A stretch of DNA of 64,000 bases, taken from positions 37,386,001 to 37,450,000 of the forward strand of contig NC_043006.1 in NCBI RefSeq assembly GCF_006345805.1. The letters run 5' to 3'. Origin of the DNA: Octopus sinensis. Taxonomy: Eukaryota. The notes beneath the pieces are model-generated. The model was given only the letters and a program-made list of their open reading frames with translations. It was not told the DNA's origin and searched no databases. This document shows, in pieces, positions 51,592 to 64,000 of this stretch (its first letter is position 1; each line of letters begins with the position of its first letter). The position numbers and the translations under genes are program-made.

Positions 51592-51850
51592 GGAGGCGCG
51601 TGTCTTGGTGGTTAGGGGTGTTGGACTCATGATCGTAAGATGCCACGTAAAAGCGCCGTGCCGATGCCACATAAAAGCACTCAATACACTCTGTAAAGTG
51701 GTTGGCGTTAAGAAGTGCATCCAGCCGTGAAATCATGCCAAAACAGGCGTGGAGCCTGGGAAGCGCTTCAGTTGGCCAGCTCCTGTCAAACCGTCCAATC
51801 CATGCCAGCATGGAAAACGGACTTTAGTTGATGATGATGATGATGACGAC
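51592..51850 (+). mobile_element. Composite SINE: truncated tRNA head joined to another family's body with (GAT)n tail
   Basis: The head GGAGGCGCGTGTCTTGGTGGTTAGGGGTGTTGGACTCATGATCGTAAGAT breaks before the B box. It continues GCCACGTAAAAGC...GGTTGGCGTTAAGAAGTGCATCCAGCCGT...CCATGCCAGCATGGAAAACGG. Confidence 0.7.
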
Positions 51851-52609
51851 GACGACGACGATAAGGAGAATATACGACAGGATTTCTTTCCACCAAATTG
51901 ACTCACAACACTTGCCCAAGGAGACCACGGTGCCCTGCATTAGAGCTGAACTCAAAACCACATGGTTGGTTGCAAAGCGATTTTGTTTCAACCATACAGC
52001 CATGCTTGCGCCTACGTTCAATATAAATATATCTAGGGCAATCTCACAGAGTAACGATAAAATGATATTGTACTACAATGTAACCCAAAACTCTATTGTT
52101 TGAAGACGACTACGCCTTCAATAATTCTTAATGTCAATCTTTGCAGAATGGTAGGTAAATCGAAAATTGAAAATAGTTTTAAATATCAAATATTTTCTGA
52201 TTTTCTGTTTTACTTTTTCTTGAGTATTTGTAAAATTCTGATTTTTCTTTCGACTGGGAAAAAATGAAATAAAAATTTTAATACCTGGAATATTTTTTTC
52301 CGCTATGTTTTTTTTTTTTTTTTGTTTTTTGTTTGTTTGTTTTTTTTTTTTGTTTAAGGAAAGATATTTTATTGCTAACTTATTTTTACAGGAAGAAAAT
52401 AAAGAAATAAAATTAAAAGCATAAAATAAATTATCAAGGTAAAAAAAAAACATGATTACCTCGCTAAGGAAACCCAAAAAAAAAAAAAAAAGTGGGGGAT
52501 CAAGCAGAAGAACGATAGGGGGAAAAGAGTTACGGGTTGCACATCTCAGACCAAATGACGTGTTAAGCTGTGCCTCACGGATACGATTGCAAAGGCGTCG
52601 TCACGGAAA

Positions 52610-52672
52610 ATGGCCAGCGACATTCGCTGCAACAGTCATACTGCTCTCGTTTATCTAAAAAAAACAACGCCT
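52610..52672 (+). CDS. Candidate first coding exon of an unidentified plus-strand gene (MASDIRCNSHTALVYLKKTTP)
   Basis: GGAAAATGGCC start context and phase-0 donor CCT|GTAAGA at 52673, in unique CpG-containing sequence. No homology recognised. Confidence 0.28.
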
Positions 52673-52929
52673 GTAAGATATATTACATACCTGTGTGTTA
52701 GTGATAAATATGCAGATATACGATCCAGTAAGAGTGAGTCATAAGGTAATCCTGCACGAATTGTGTTGAATGTAAACCGTGTTTAAGTTTGTGTTGGAGT
52801 CTTCAGCCCGGAAAGGCCAAACCAGAAATGAAAAATAAGAAACTTACCTAAAATGGAAAGAAAAGAGAAAAGAGATATAAGTAAAAATTAGTAGCATTTT
52901 CGAATATATAAATGCATTAGTATACGTAC

Positions 52930-52969
<40 letters not shown>

Positions 52970-53032
52970 CACATTCTGTCGTGTTTGGTGCCTTCTTTGT
53001 TTGCTCGTTATTTTCCTGCGGCTTCTCGTCGC

Positions 53033-53040
53033 TGACGTCA
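53033..53040. promoter_or_regulatory. Perfect CRE palindrome TGACGTCA in unique CpG-rich sequence
   Basis: Direct reading. An AP-1 site TGAGTCA lies at 52735-52741. Function unproven. Confidence 0.3.
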
Positions 53041-53174
53041 CCAAAGGGGAACAATATCATTTGCTACGATCATTTGGACGATAACCGAAAACGATTTAGC
53101 GACATTCTACGCCTGTATTTCCTGTTTGTTCCGCTTGTTTGTACTTCTATATATTTTCGTGAACGTACATGTTT

Positions 53175-53236
<62 letters not shown>

Positions 53237-53485
53237 TGTGTGTGCGTGTTTGTTTGTGTGTGTGTGTGTGACAACGCGTGGCTTCATGATTAGGAGTGTT
53301 CAGTTTAAAGTAGAATCGGTTCTCTGTATTCCCTAATGATTCGTTATAGTTAGGCCTGGAGCATGCAATGCAGAATTCCAAACAACCACAATGATGAAAC
53401 GTACGTAGGGACAAATATAAATTTGTATTTATCGTAATTTCTCATATAGATATATGAATATATCAATACACGCGCGCGCGCACAT

Positions 53486-53536
<51 letters not shown>

Positions 53537-53890
53537 TACATGAATATATATATATATATATATATATCGTTGTTATTATGTTAAACTGTCGTTTGGCCAA
53601 ATGCGTTTTTTTTTTCAATATTTATTTTTGCTTGCAATAGCCGGTTCTTTTCGTCAAACTATCGTATCTCCAGCTGCTTCGGTTGCAAAGATATGAAAAT
53701 AGTCAAAGTGTAGTTCAACGGTTTTGCTATGGAATGGTGAAACTATTTTTTCGTTTTCTGAAGAAGCAATGTTTTGGACTTTCGACACTTTTGCATACAT
53801 ACGATACATACGTACATACATACTTGCATACATACATACATACATACATACATACATACATACATACATACATACTATTTACTGGTACTC

Positions 53891-54915
53891 CGTCGCGTAT
53901 GCAGACCCGCTTGTCCCGCATCCCAATTCTCGCGGGATGCCCTTCAGAGTCGCCAGCTTCCGCAGTAGTCGCTCGAGAGCCAATACGTATAGAAGCGACG
54001 AGAGGGGGCATCCCTGACGGACCGAACGTGCAATGTCGAAAGGTCTCGATAGATGTCCATTTACGTGAACTACCGAACGGATGCCTCTGTACAAGGCAGC
54101 TATCCAGCCGCGGAAAACGGGACCGAAACCAGCCGCTCTCAGGACTGCCTCCAAGTATCGATGGTCTACCCTATCGAAGGCTTTCGATTGATCCAAATTG
54201 ATCAGGGCTCCACCCATGCCAGGTTCCTTAACTACTCTGTCTATGATGTAGCGCATCAGATGGAGGTTGTCATGGATGCTCCGGCCCGGCCCGGCACGGC
54301 GCACGTTTGTGCCTTGTCGACCAGTTTCTCGATGACAAGCGCCAACCTCTTGGCTAAAACCTTGGTCAAAATTTTCAGGTCTGCATTGAGCAGGGTGATT
54401 GGTCTAAAGTTATCTATAATGTCCCCTTTCTTCAGCAGCGTTACAGCTCGACTCACAAAACCGGGTATGCTCCCGTTTTGCTGCCAGTTGCAGTATACCG
54501 CTGCCAAGACGTCTCCAGACAAGTCTGGCATACAATTGTAAAACTCGTAGGGCAGACCATCCAAACCCGGCGATTTGTCTCTCGAGCATTCTGCCATTGC
54601 GTCCCGCACATCCGCAGCCGTGATGGCACCCTCGCAGCACTCTGCTTCTCTTGCCGAGAGTCGTGGTAGGCTGTGCAGGTAGGCACTGAAGTCCACCCTG
54701 CGTTCACGCTCGCCACTCGTCCCGTACAGTCGGGCAAAGTGCCGCTGAAATGCCTCGCACATTTTGCTGGGCTCGAGCAATTCGCGCCCTTGTTCATCTA
54801 CCAGAGACCGAATGGTGGCTTTGTTGCCCTGCTGCGCCTCCGCCACCCGGGCCTCCCTCGCGGCTCCAATACCTTCCATCCTTAGAGCACGCATCCTAGC
54901 CCTGACAGTACACCC
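53891..54915 (-). mobile_element. Tx1-like (L1 clade) LINE RT fragment
   Basis: DKSPGLDGLPYEFY, NFRPITLLNADLKILTKVLAKRL, LDQSKAFDRVDHRYL, VRQGCPLS.LLYVLALE, ending at SAYA. One frameshift at a CCGGC duplication (~54290). Confidence 0.95.
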
Positions 54916-54994
<79 letters not shown>

Positions 54995-55115
54995 CAGACA
55001 GATAGATAGACAGACAGACAGATAAGCAGATAGATACAATTAGATAGATACATAGACAGACAGGCAGGCAGACAGACAGATAGAATGATAGATAAGTAGA
55101 TAAATAGATAGATAG
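54916..55115. repeat. (AGAT)n/(AGAC)n microsatellite
   Basis: Direct reading. Confidence 0.95.
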
Positions 55116-55282
55116 TTTTCTATTATTTCAAGCACACTTGGTGATACTACACAGTAAAAGATAAGGCATTAGAGTTTTAATATAGATTTAATATGTAAGG
55201 TTCCAGCTGATAGCACCCTCTTGCTCTTTCTCTGGATGTTAATAAACATATGGACGTGTGTATATATATATATATTTTTTTT

Positions 55283-55684
55283 TTTTTACTTGTTTCAGTC
55301 ATTTGACTGCGGCCATGCTGGAGCACCGCCTTTAGTCGAGCAAATCGACCCCGGGACTTATTCTTTGTAAGCCCAGTACTTATTCTATCAATCTCTTTTG
55401 CCGAACCGCTAAGTGACGGGGACGTAGACACACCAGCATCGGTTGTCAAGCAATGCTAGGGGGACAAACACAGACACACAAACATATACACACACACACA
55501 TATACATATATACATATATACGACAGGCTTCTTTCAGTTTCCGTCTACCAAATCCACTCACAAGGCATTGGTCGGCCCGGGGCTATAGCAGAAGACATTT
55601 GCCCAAGATGCCACGCAGTGGGATTGAACCCGGAACCATGTAGTTGGTTAGCAAGCTACTTACCACACAGCCACTCCTGCGCCT
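55283..55684 (-). mobile_element. SINE family B, full length, little diverged
   Basis: Near-identical to the 14600-15033 copy. Confidence 0.93.
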
Positions 55685-56122
55685 CTAATCATGGCCATGT
55701 CTATACAAAAGAGTATAAGACCCTAGCAGGAATGAAATCCACATGCAATTTAATACAAGAATCAGGTTCTGGTATGGGTTAAAATCGAGCTGCAGCCATC
55801 CGGCACTTATCGCAATTTGATATTTGATAAGTGCATTGACGCGAAACTCTACTTCCTCGATTCACAATAGCTTCTGAGCTGAGGCACACACACAAACGCG
55901 CGCACACACACACACAAACACACACACACACAGACACCCCCCCCCACACACACACACATACACACACACACACACACATAGTGATGAGAAAGCAGTCAAC
56001 TTATGCAAGAAAATGATAAAAAAATTTTACTGCTTGTCGTATTGGGTAATATTGACTCTGGAATATTACATCATGCGTAGTTTCGCTATATATGCTGGTG
56101 CACACACACTCTCTCTATATAT

Positions 56123-56215
<93 letters not shown>

Positions 56216-56291
56216 TCATATATATAATGTATATATATATATATGCATATATATGTATATATATGCATATATATATATATATATACATATA

Positions 56292-56335
<44 letters not shown>

Positions 56336-56406
56336 TTGGGCGTATAAACATATACATAGACACACAGCTACACACATACGCACACACACACGTACGCACA
56401 CACACA

Positions 56407-56442
<36 letters not shown>

Positions 56443-56749
56443 TACACACGTATACTTGCACTCAAGCGTACATTTGTGCATATGAAACAAGATGTAGGTC
56501 GATAAAAGGAAACTAGTATGTTTTGGAAGTCCAAATTAACACTTGATTACACATGATAAATTTCACATTTGTCGTGTCTGACGTCATGCTTACTCAGCTA
56601 GACATAATATGTTGTCCTACTCATATACTAATATTCCATATACCAACACACACACACACTCTTACACTCATACACACGTATACACATTTATATATACATA
56701 TTCCTATGTAAGCAATAATTTATAAGTGTATATGCATGTATATATATAC

Positions 56750-56781
<32 letters not shown>

Positions 56782-56943
56782 CTCAATATATCGATAATAT
56801 ACTGTTAAATATGTGTGTGTGTACTTATATATGTGTGTGTGTGCGTGCGCGCGTGCGCCTGCATGTATGTGTGTGTGTATGTATGCATGAATGTGTACTG
56901 TATATGTGTATACATGTTTATATTGATATATATACATACATAT

Positions 56944-56979
<36 letters not shown>

Positions 56980-57006
56980 GAATATCTATCTATCTATCTA
57001 TCTATC

Positions 57007-57050
<44 letters not shown>

Positions 57051-57136
57051 CACGCACATACATATATATGTATATATATATACACATATATATATATACA
57101 TATGTATATATACACATACACATATATATATACATA

Positions 57137-57173
<37 letters not shown>

Positions 57174-57622
57174 ACATAAGTCAAGGCGCATGGCTCCGTG
57201 GTCAGAGCGTCGAGCTTACGATCGTGAGGTTATGAGTTCGATTGCTGGACCGGTCTGTCAGTTATGTTCTTGAGCAAGACACTTTATTTCACGTTGCTCC
57301 AGTTCATTGGTGCCAAGCCGTATCGTCCCCTTTGCCTTTCCCTTGGGTCTTTTCGCATATAGACACATATACATAGTTATATGTACATATAATATGCTTA
57401 GACATACACGTAGACATGTATGAGCGTGCGTGTGCGTGTGTAAGTGTGGGCACGCGCGTGCACGCGCGTGCACACGTGTGTGTCTAAGTGAGCATGTGTG
57501 TATATCAGATGCATTCGCGATGTCCAGAAATTTCCTTCACTATTAAACCATACAAAGGTAAGTACGTGCGTTTATGCATGTGTGTATGTACGCAAGTATG
57601 TATGTACGCATGTATATAATCG

Positions 57623-57671
<49 letters not shown>

Positions 57672-57744
57672 GCATATATTATAAACATATATACATATAT
57701 ATACACCCACACATACACACACGCATATTTATATATATATATAT

Positions 57745-57782
<38 letters not shown>

Positions 57783-58519
57783 CGAGAGACATACATATGT
57801 ATGCCTGTGTGTCTGTATGGGACTGTTTCAGGTATGTATATGTATATTATATAAAATTAAGTCGTGATTTCTGCTTTATGTAGCGATTGCGTAGAAAGAA
57901 GGAAACTTTTAATCAATCGGATAAAACGAGCAGATTAAAAACCAGAAATTAAAGCAGAAACGAAAATGAAAAAAAAAGAAAATCGAAAAATATAGCACGA
58001 AGGATAGAATAATACATACACGCATGCGCAGTGAACTTTTCATTCATCATGGATGATATGTGATGGAAGTTGACTGATCAGAGTAAAAACAAGATGGAAG
58101 AGGCTCGCTAAAGTGATGTTAAAAGTATGCTTGTATTGTACAAGATATAACTTGTAACGTCTTCAAGTTGCATAACACACACAAGCATGCATATAGCATA
58201 CGCATGCGCACAATAAATAAACATAAATAGCTATAACCCATCTTGCTAGAAATAGCAGCTGTTCCTGCTACTGCTTCATAAAAAGGAAGGTTGAATACAT
58301 TTGATATTGTAACTATAGATAAGTCTCTTTGTCACACATTATCCACCCCGCCACCAGCACCTCCACCAATGAAAAAATGCGGCATGGTCACGATTGGATT
58401 TCATTTTATTATATTTGTTCAATGATATTCGACTTTGGGCTTAAACAAGAACACATATGCAGATAATTAACGAGGAAGTTTGTACGTAGTCACTCTTGTT
58501 GCTAGAAATAACAGTAACA

Positions 58520-58732
58520 AAGGCGGCGAGCTGGCAGAAACGTTAGCACGCCAGGCGAAGTGCTTAGCGGTATTTCGTCTGTCTTTACATTCTGAGTTCA
58601 AATTCCGCCGAGGTCGATAAATTAAGTACCAGTCACGCACTGAGGTCGATATAATCGACTTAATCCGTTTGTCTGTCCTTGTTTGTCCCCTCTATGTTTA
58701 GCCCCTTGTGGGCAATAACGAAATAAGAAATA
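58520..58732 (+). mobile_element. SINE family A monomer (tail 2) with a 16-bp TSD
   Basis: AGAAATAACAGTAACA at 58504-58519 and 58733-58748. Confidence 0.92.
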
Positions 58733-59039
58733 AGAAATAACAGTAACATCTATTATCCCAGTTCTCTTTAAAATGGACACACACCACACTGTGATGCAAC
58801 TGTAGGTATCTCACACGCATGCGTACCCGCGCATGCTTACACACACACACACACACACACACAACATGCGTAACCCTGGGCCAATCAGAGCCGTGTGAAT
58901 GAATTGAGTTGGGGGAAATTTCGTAGTAGGCTGTCGCGCACGCACACACACACGCATCTGTGCAAATCTGTAAAGGAATGCGTCTTGTTTTGTTCATTAT
59001 CCTTTAAATCTTCAGGTTTACAGATTTTTATATCTCCAG

Positions 59040-59210
59040 ATCTTGTGATCATTTGTAGTGTATGAATTAGGGATTTGCGTTCTCTCCCCAAGAACCTAAG
59101 TTTAGCCATACTTTGCTCTAGGCGGGTTGGTATGTATACGTTTGATAATATAATAAGTTTGAAACTGAAAGGGCATCTTGCGTACTGGATTTGCAAACTC
59201 CTTATCAATG
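59040..59210 (-). mobile_element. RLE-type LINE C-terminal fragment
   Basis: GSLIRSLQIQYARCPFSFKLIILSNVYIPTRL...LRFLGRE..LIHTLQMITRSGDIKICK, resembling the end of restriction-like endonuclease domains. Confidence 0.5.
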
Positions 59211-59544
59211 ATCCAGTATGATTTGATTTTGATTTTGATTTTTCCAGTTTCAGCTTATGATCTGTGGCCATGCTGGGGCACCGCCAAGTATGTCTTCTTT
59301 TTTTTTTTATTTTTCCTAATTACATTAGTGTCTCAGGGGGAAACTGATTTCCATATCTGAACATATCTTTTCCTTGAGGTCTCACACGATATCTGTCCGG
59401 TTGTGGATTTAGAGAATAATGCAGTTGTCACATGTAGGTTATAATTTCTTACATACTAAGTTAATAACACGTGAGGAATATTGTGAAACAGCTGTAACCC
59501 TATGGAAGTCACATGGTTAAATAAATATATATTCATCTAGCATA

Positions 59545-59765
59545 CGAGGAGTCTGCTGAAAAGTTCCTGGCTTTGGGTAAAAAGAAAATACAGAAGGATA
59601 AGTTTTAATTATTATTTTATTCAACATATTCCCCTCTCAGATTCACCCACTTATTGTAGTGGTCCTTCAGTTTTTCTTAGCCCTGTAAAAGAACCCAGAA
59701 GGTTGGGCCTCCAACCAGGTTTTTCGCGATATTTTTAAAGCCAGGAACTTTTCAGCACCCTCTCG
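59545..59765. mobile_element. Mariner MITE with TA TSD
   Basis: TA|CGAGGAGTCTGCTGAAAAGTTCCTGGCTTT ... AAAGCCAGGAACTTTTCAGCACCCTCTCG|TA. Confidence 0.9.
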
Positions 59766-59959
59766 TATCTACCTGACTTCATGGTTTTATGTATGTATAA
59801 TGAGTGCGTGGAAACTGTGTTGAAGCCTGTTGTAAATATACGTGTGTGCATGTATATGTCTTCGGGTTTGTTCCCCTTCCATTGACTGACAACCGGCGTT
59901 GGCTTGTTTACGTCCTTTTAATCTAGTAGCTGATATTGTATGTATTTGAATATCTTTCT

Positions 59960-60172
59960 TCCTTTATCATCTGCATGTTTCAGTCATTGGACAATGGCCA
60001 TGTTGGAGCACAGTCTAGAAGGATTTTTTTTTTGTCGAACAAATCGATACCAGTACTTAATTTAAGTCTGGCACTTATTCTATCGGTATCTTTGTCGAAG
60101 CGCTAATTTACGGAGGGACGTTAACAAACCAACGCCAGATGTCAAGCAGTGAGCGGGGAGAACAGAAACACA

Positions 60173-60222
<50 letters not shown>

Positions 60223-60385
60223 TATATATGATGGGCCTCCATACAGTTTCCGTCTGTCTTCCAAAGTCACTCAAAAGGCATTATTTGGCCCGAGACTGAA
60301 CTAGAAAACGCCGCAAAGTTCTGCGTATTGGGAGAGATGCCGAGGTCATGTTGTTGTAAAGCGGACTTCTTAACCATACAGCCAT
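59960..60385 (-). mobile_element. SINE family B, degenerate
   Basis: TTTCAGTCATTGGAC...CTTATTCTATCGGT...GTTTCCGTCT...CTTAACCATACAGCC. Confidence 0.8.
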
Positions 60386-60899
60386 ACATGTATCAAGACA
60401 ATGAAACAACCGCAACAACAACAAGAAGAACCGCAAGAAGAGCATAAAAATCATAAAATCACTGCAACAAATTCAAGTGCCCTATTAACGAGTCAGTAGT
60501 CTAATACGCTCTGCGCTAGGGAAGTTCGCCAACAGAATGTATTTAACTATGCAATAAGTATAGAGACATCTATCAAGTCATTCTTATGTCCACATCAACA
60601 TTCGTGTAATCTGTTAAGAATGAGAGAATGAAAGAACAGGATTAGGTCAAAGGTTGTCTAGTTTCCAGTTATTGTCTTTCTGACAAAAGCATTGTCGCTG
60701 CCGTCTTACGGGACTGTAAATCAATCATTTTGATTCGGATTTATTTCAGCAACCACATGCTCACCCATACACACGGATCATACACAAAGACATACGCATA
60801 GCCGCGCCCGCTCACGCTCACATACACTCACAGCTACACTCACTTAATGCGCACACGAATATATATTTATATATGTATGTATATGTATAAATATGTATG

Positions 60900-60984
60900 T
60901 GTATGTATGTATGTATGTATACATATTTTTGTGTGCATATATATACATATATATATACAAGCATATACATACATACATATACAT

Positions 60985-61029
<45 letters not shown>

Positions 61030-62060
61030 AATATATATATGCATGTATGTATATATGTATGTTTGAACAGAAGAGTATTGTTACTTGTGCGTGTGTATGC
61101 GTGCGCGCACGCGTCAGTGTGTGTGTGTATAAATACATGCATATATACAGATAGACTTAGATACATATATTCGTATAGTCATAAATATACATATACATTC
61201 ACATACACATACAAACACACACATAAACACACACATACACACATACACACACATGCGGACATGTGTACGTGAACATATGTGTGCGTGTGTGTGTACGTAT
61301 ATTGGTATGTTAGTAACCATTTTTATGGTAACCAATTTCCAGAATATTAGACGAAGATTGCTGGAAGATTGCTCTTCGAAAAAGGTATTAGGCAAAATAT
61401 TAGAAGACTGTAAAACTGTGTCACGATCAGCAGAAATCACCTATCAATCTATAAATGCGAGTATGTATGTATGTATGTATGTATGTATGTATGTTATGTA
61501 TGTATGTATGTATGTATACATATTTTTGTGTGCATATATATACATATATATATACAAGCATATACATACATACATATACATATACATACATATATATATT
61601 ATATATATATTATATATACACATAAATATATATATGCATGTATGTATATATGTATGTTTGAACAGAAGAGTATTGTTACTTGTGCGTGTGTATGCGTGCG
61701 CGCACGCGTCAGTGTGTGTGTGTATAAATACATGCATATATACAGATAGACTTAGATACATATATTCGTATAGTCATAAATATACATATACATTCACATA
61801 CACATACAAACACACACATAAACACACACATACACACATACACACACATGCGGACATGTGTACGTGAACATATGTGTGCGTGTGTGTGTACGTATATTGG
61901 TATGTTAGTAACCATTTTTATGGTAACCAATTTCCAGAATATTAGACGAAGATTGCTGGAAGATTGCTCTTCGAAAAAGGTATTAGGCAAAATATTAGAA
62001 GACTGTAAAACTGTGTCACGATCAGCAGAAATCACCTATCAATCTATAAATGCGAGTATG
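60900..62060. repeat. Tandem duplication, period 595 bp
   Basis: The unique block ATTGGTATGTTAGTAACC...ATAAATGCGAG occurs identically at ~61300 and ~61895. The ORF track shows identical ORFs 595 bp apart. Confidence 0.95.
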
Positions 62061-62128
62061 TATGTATGTATGTATGTATGTATGTATGTATGTATGTATG
62101 TATGTATGTATGTATGTATGTATCTAAG

Positions 62129-62197
<69 letters not shown>

Positions 62198-62261
62198 GTC
62201 TGTCTGTCTGTCTGTTTGTTTGTCTGTCTGTCTGTCTGCCTGTCTTTCTGTCTATTTATCC

Positions 62262-62325
<64 letters not shown>

Positions 62326-62859
62326 CTCCCTCTCTCTCTCTCTCTCTTTCTCTCACTGTGTGTCCATCCATCTCTATCTCTTTATCTCTCTATTTGTCTA
62401 TCTGTATGTTTGTTTCTCTAGCTACAGGATGTGTATTTGTATGTATGTGTGCATGTATGTATGTACGTTTTTGTGTATGTATGTATGTAGGTATGCATGC
62501 ATGTACGTATGTCTGCATGTATGTATATCTGCATGTATGTATGTATGTATGTATGTATGTATGTATGTATGTATGTATGAGTGTCTGTATGTGTATGTAT
62601 GTATGCACGTATACATGTATGTATGCATGTATGTATATATGCATGTATATATGCATGTATGTATGTATATATGCATGTATGTATGTATGTATGTATGTAT
62701 GTATGTATGTATGTATGTATGTATGTATGTATGTATGTATGTATGCATCTGTGTGTGTATGCATGTAATAGTATGGTAATTCAACAGAGCTGCTGTGAAA
62801 TTACTGAAAGAAAAGACTACAAAAATTCCGAAACATAAAATACTTAGGTACTCAAAGGC

Positions 62860-62899
<40 letters not shown>

Positions 62900-62981
62900 T
62901 ATATATATGCACACAGAAATATGTATACAAATTATATATATACAGATGTATTTATGTATGTATATATATATATATATATAT

Positions 62982-63030
<49 letters not shown>

Positions 63031-63069
63031 CATACATATATATATGTATATATATATTAATATATATAT

Positions 63070-63130
<61 letters not shown>
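62058..63130. repeat. Compound (ATGT)n/(ATCT)n/(AT)n microsatellite field
   Basis: Direct reading. Confidence 0.95.
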
Positions 63131-63134
<4 letters not shown>

Positions 63135-64000
63135 TCTTGTATAGTGGTGAGGAGAAAGAATAAGATCGTGTGCGAGTCATTCATCGCAATGTCGAATGAC
63201 AACGTCTACAACGACAATGATGATGATAATGACGACGACGAAGATGACGAGATGATGATGATGATGACGACGACGACGACAAAGACAATGATGATGATGA
63301 TGTTGATGATGATGATGATGAGCACGGTAATTGTGGTGATAATGGCTGGAGGTATTTACGTGACATGTCTGAAAAATTAAGTAGTAATCACAGGGGTCCA
63401 GAAGTAAAAAAAGGAAATGTTTGAGAACCACTGTTTTCGAGGGATGAGTTCAATTGCTCGATCCTGATACTCTACTTTATATAAACCACGTACTTAATGT
63501 TTTTGTATATGTCTAAATCCTGTTGGCTGTGGAAATTAAGGTCAACTTTGAAGAATTCTTAATCCTTGAGATAAAATCCCTTCTCGTATGGAGCCAGTCT
63601 CAGTTACGACTTGGTAACTGTAACACAGCCCTCTGAAGGTGGATGGAATTTTAAAACAGCAAGAATTTATGATTTTTGTATATTTTCTTCGAATGCCTAC
63701 CACTGGCCACACTGTGTTATTTCGCTTCGTTTAACTTGATTTAATTTATACACGCACATACACACACATACGTCCATAGTAAGTGCAAAGGCTTTACAGA
63801 AAAAGATCATCGCATGAATTTTTTTAACAGCACCTGTGGGCACACGAGTATGGCTCTTCAGGCCTGTCTCAGTTTTGCAAATTTTGATGTATACGTGACA
63901 AGCAAAAACTTCCCTCTACTCGTGACAACTTACGTGTGCATGTAAATATGGATATATATATAGTGATAATTTGCAAGAAAACAAAAGACGAAGATGGGTA

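Overview
Eukaryotic, AT-rich, repeat-dense DNA. It is most likely an octopus genome, inferred from the SINE families and the extreme (AT)n/(ACAT)n/(AGAT)n microsatellite load; no database check was possible. The only host gene I can support is a minus-strand GDA1/CD39-family NTPDase (apyrase). Two exons are visible: 5586-5244 carrying ACR1 and ACR2, and 158-<1 carrying ACR3, joined by a phase-1 GT-AG intron. The rest is tRNA-derived SINEs (at least 4 families), mariner/Tc1/hAT/Helitron-like elements and MITEs, LINE fragments (Tx1, RTE, CR1-like, RLE-type), Penelope-like elements (PLEs) and microsatellites. Nearly all long ORFs in the supplied track are microsatellite artefacts. The main hidden signal is hammerhead-ribozyme folds from four different repeat families. 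One is a full type-I fold on both arms of a ~450-bp inverted repeat, one is a canonical minimal fold, two are copies with a variant core, and one sits inside a Pol III tRNA-headed SINE. Also notable: a PLE with a twin-priming-like inversion, TSD-flanked dimeric SINEs and a candidate recursive splice site. All folds and alignments were done by eye. Repeat boundaries are approximate unless a TSD or TIR is quoted.
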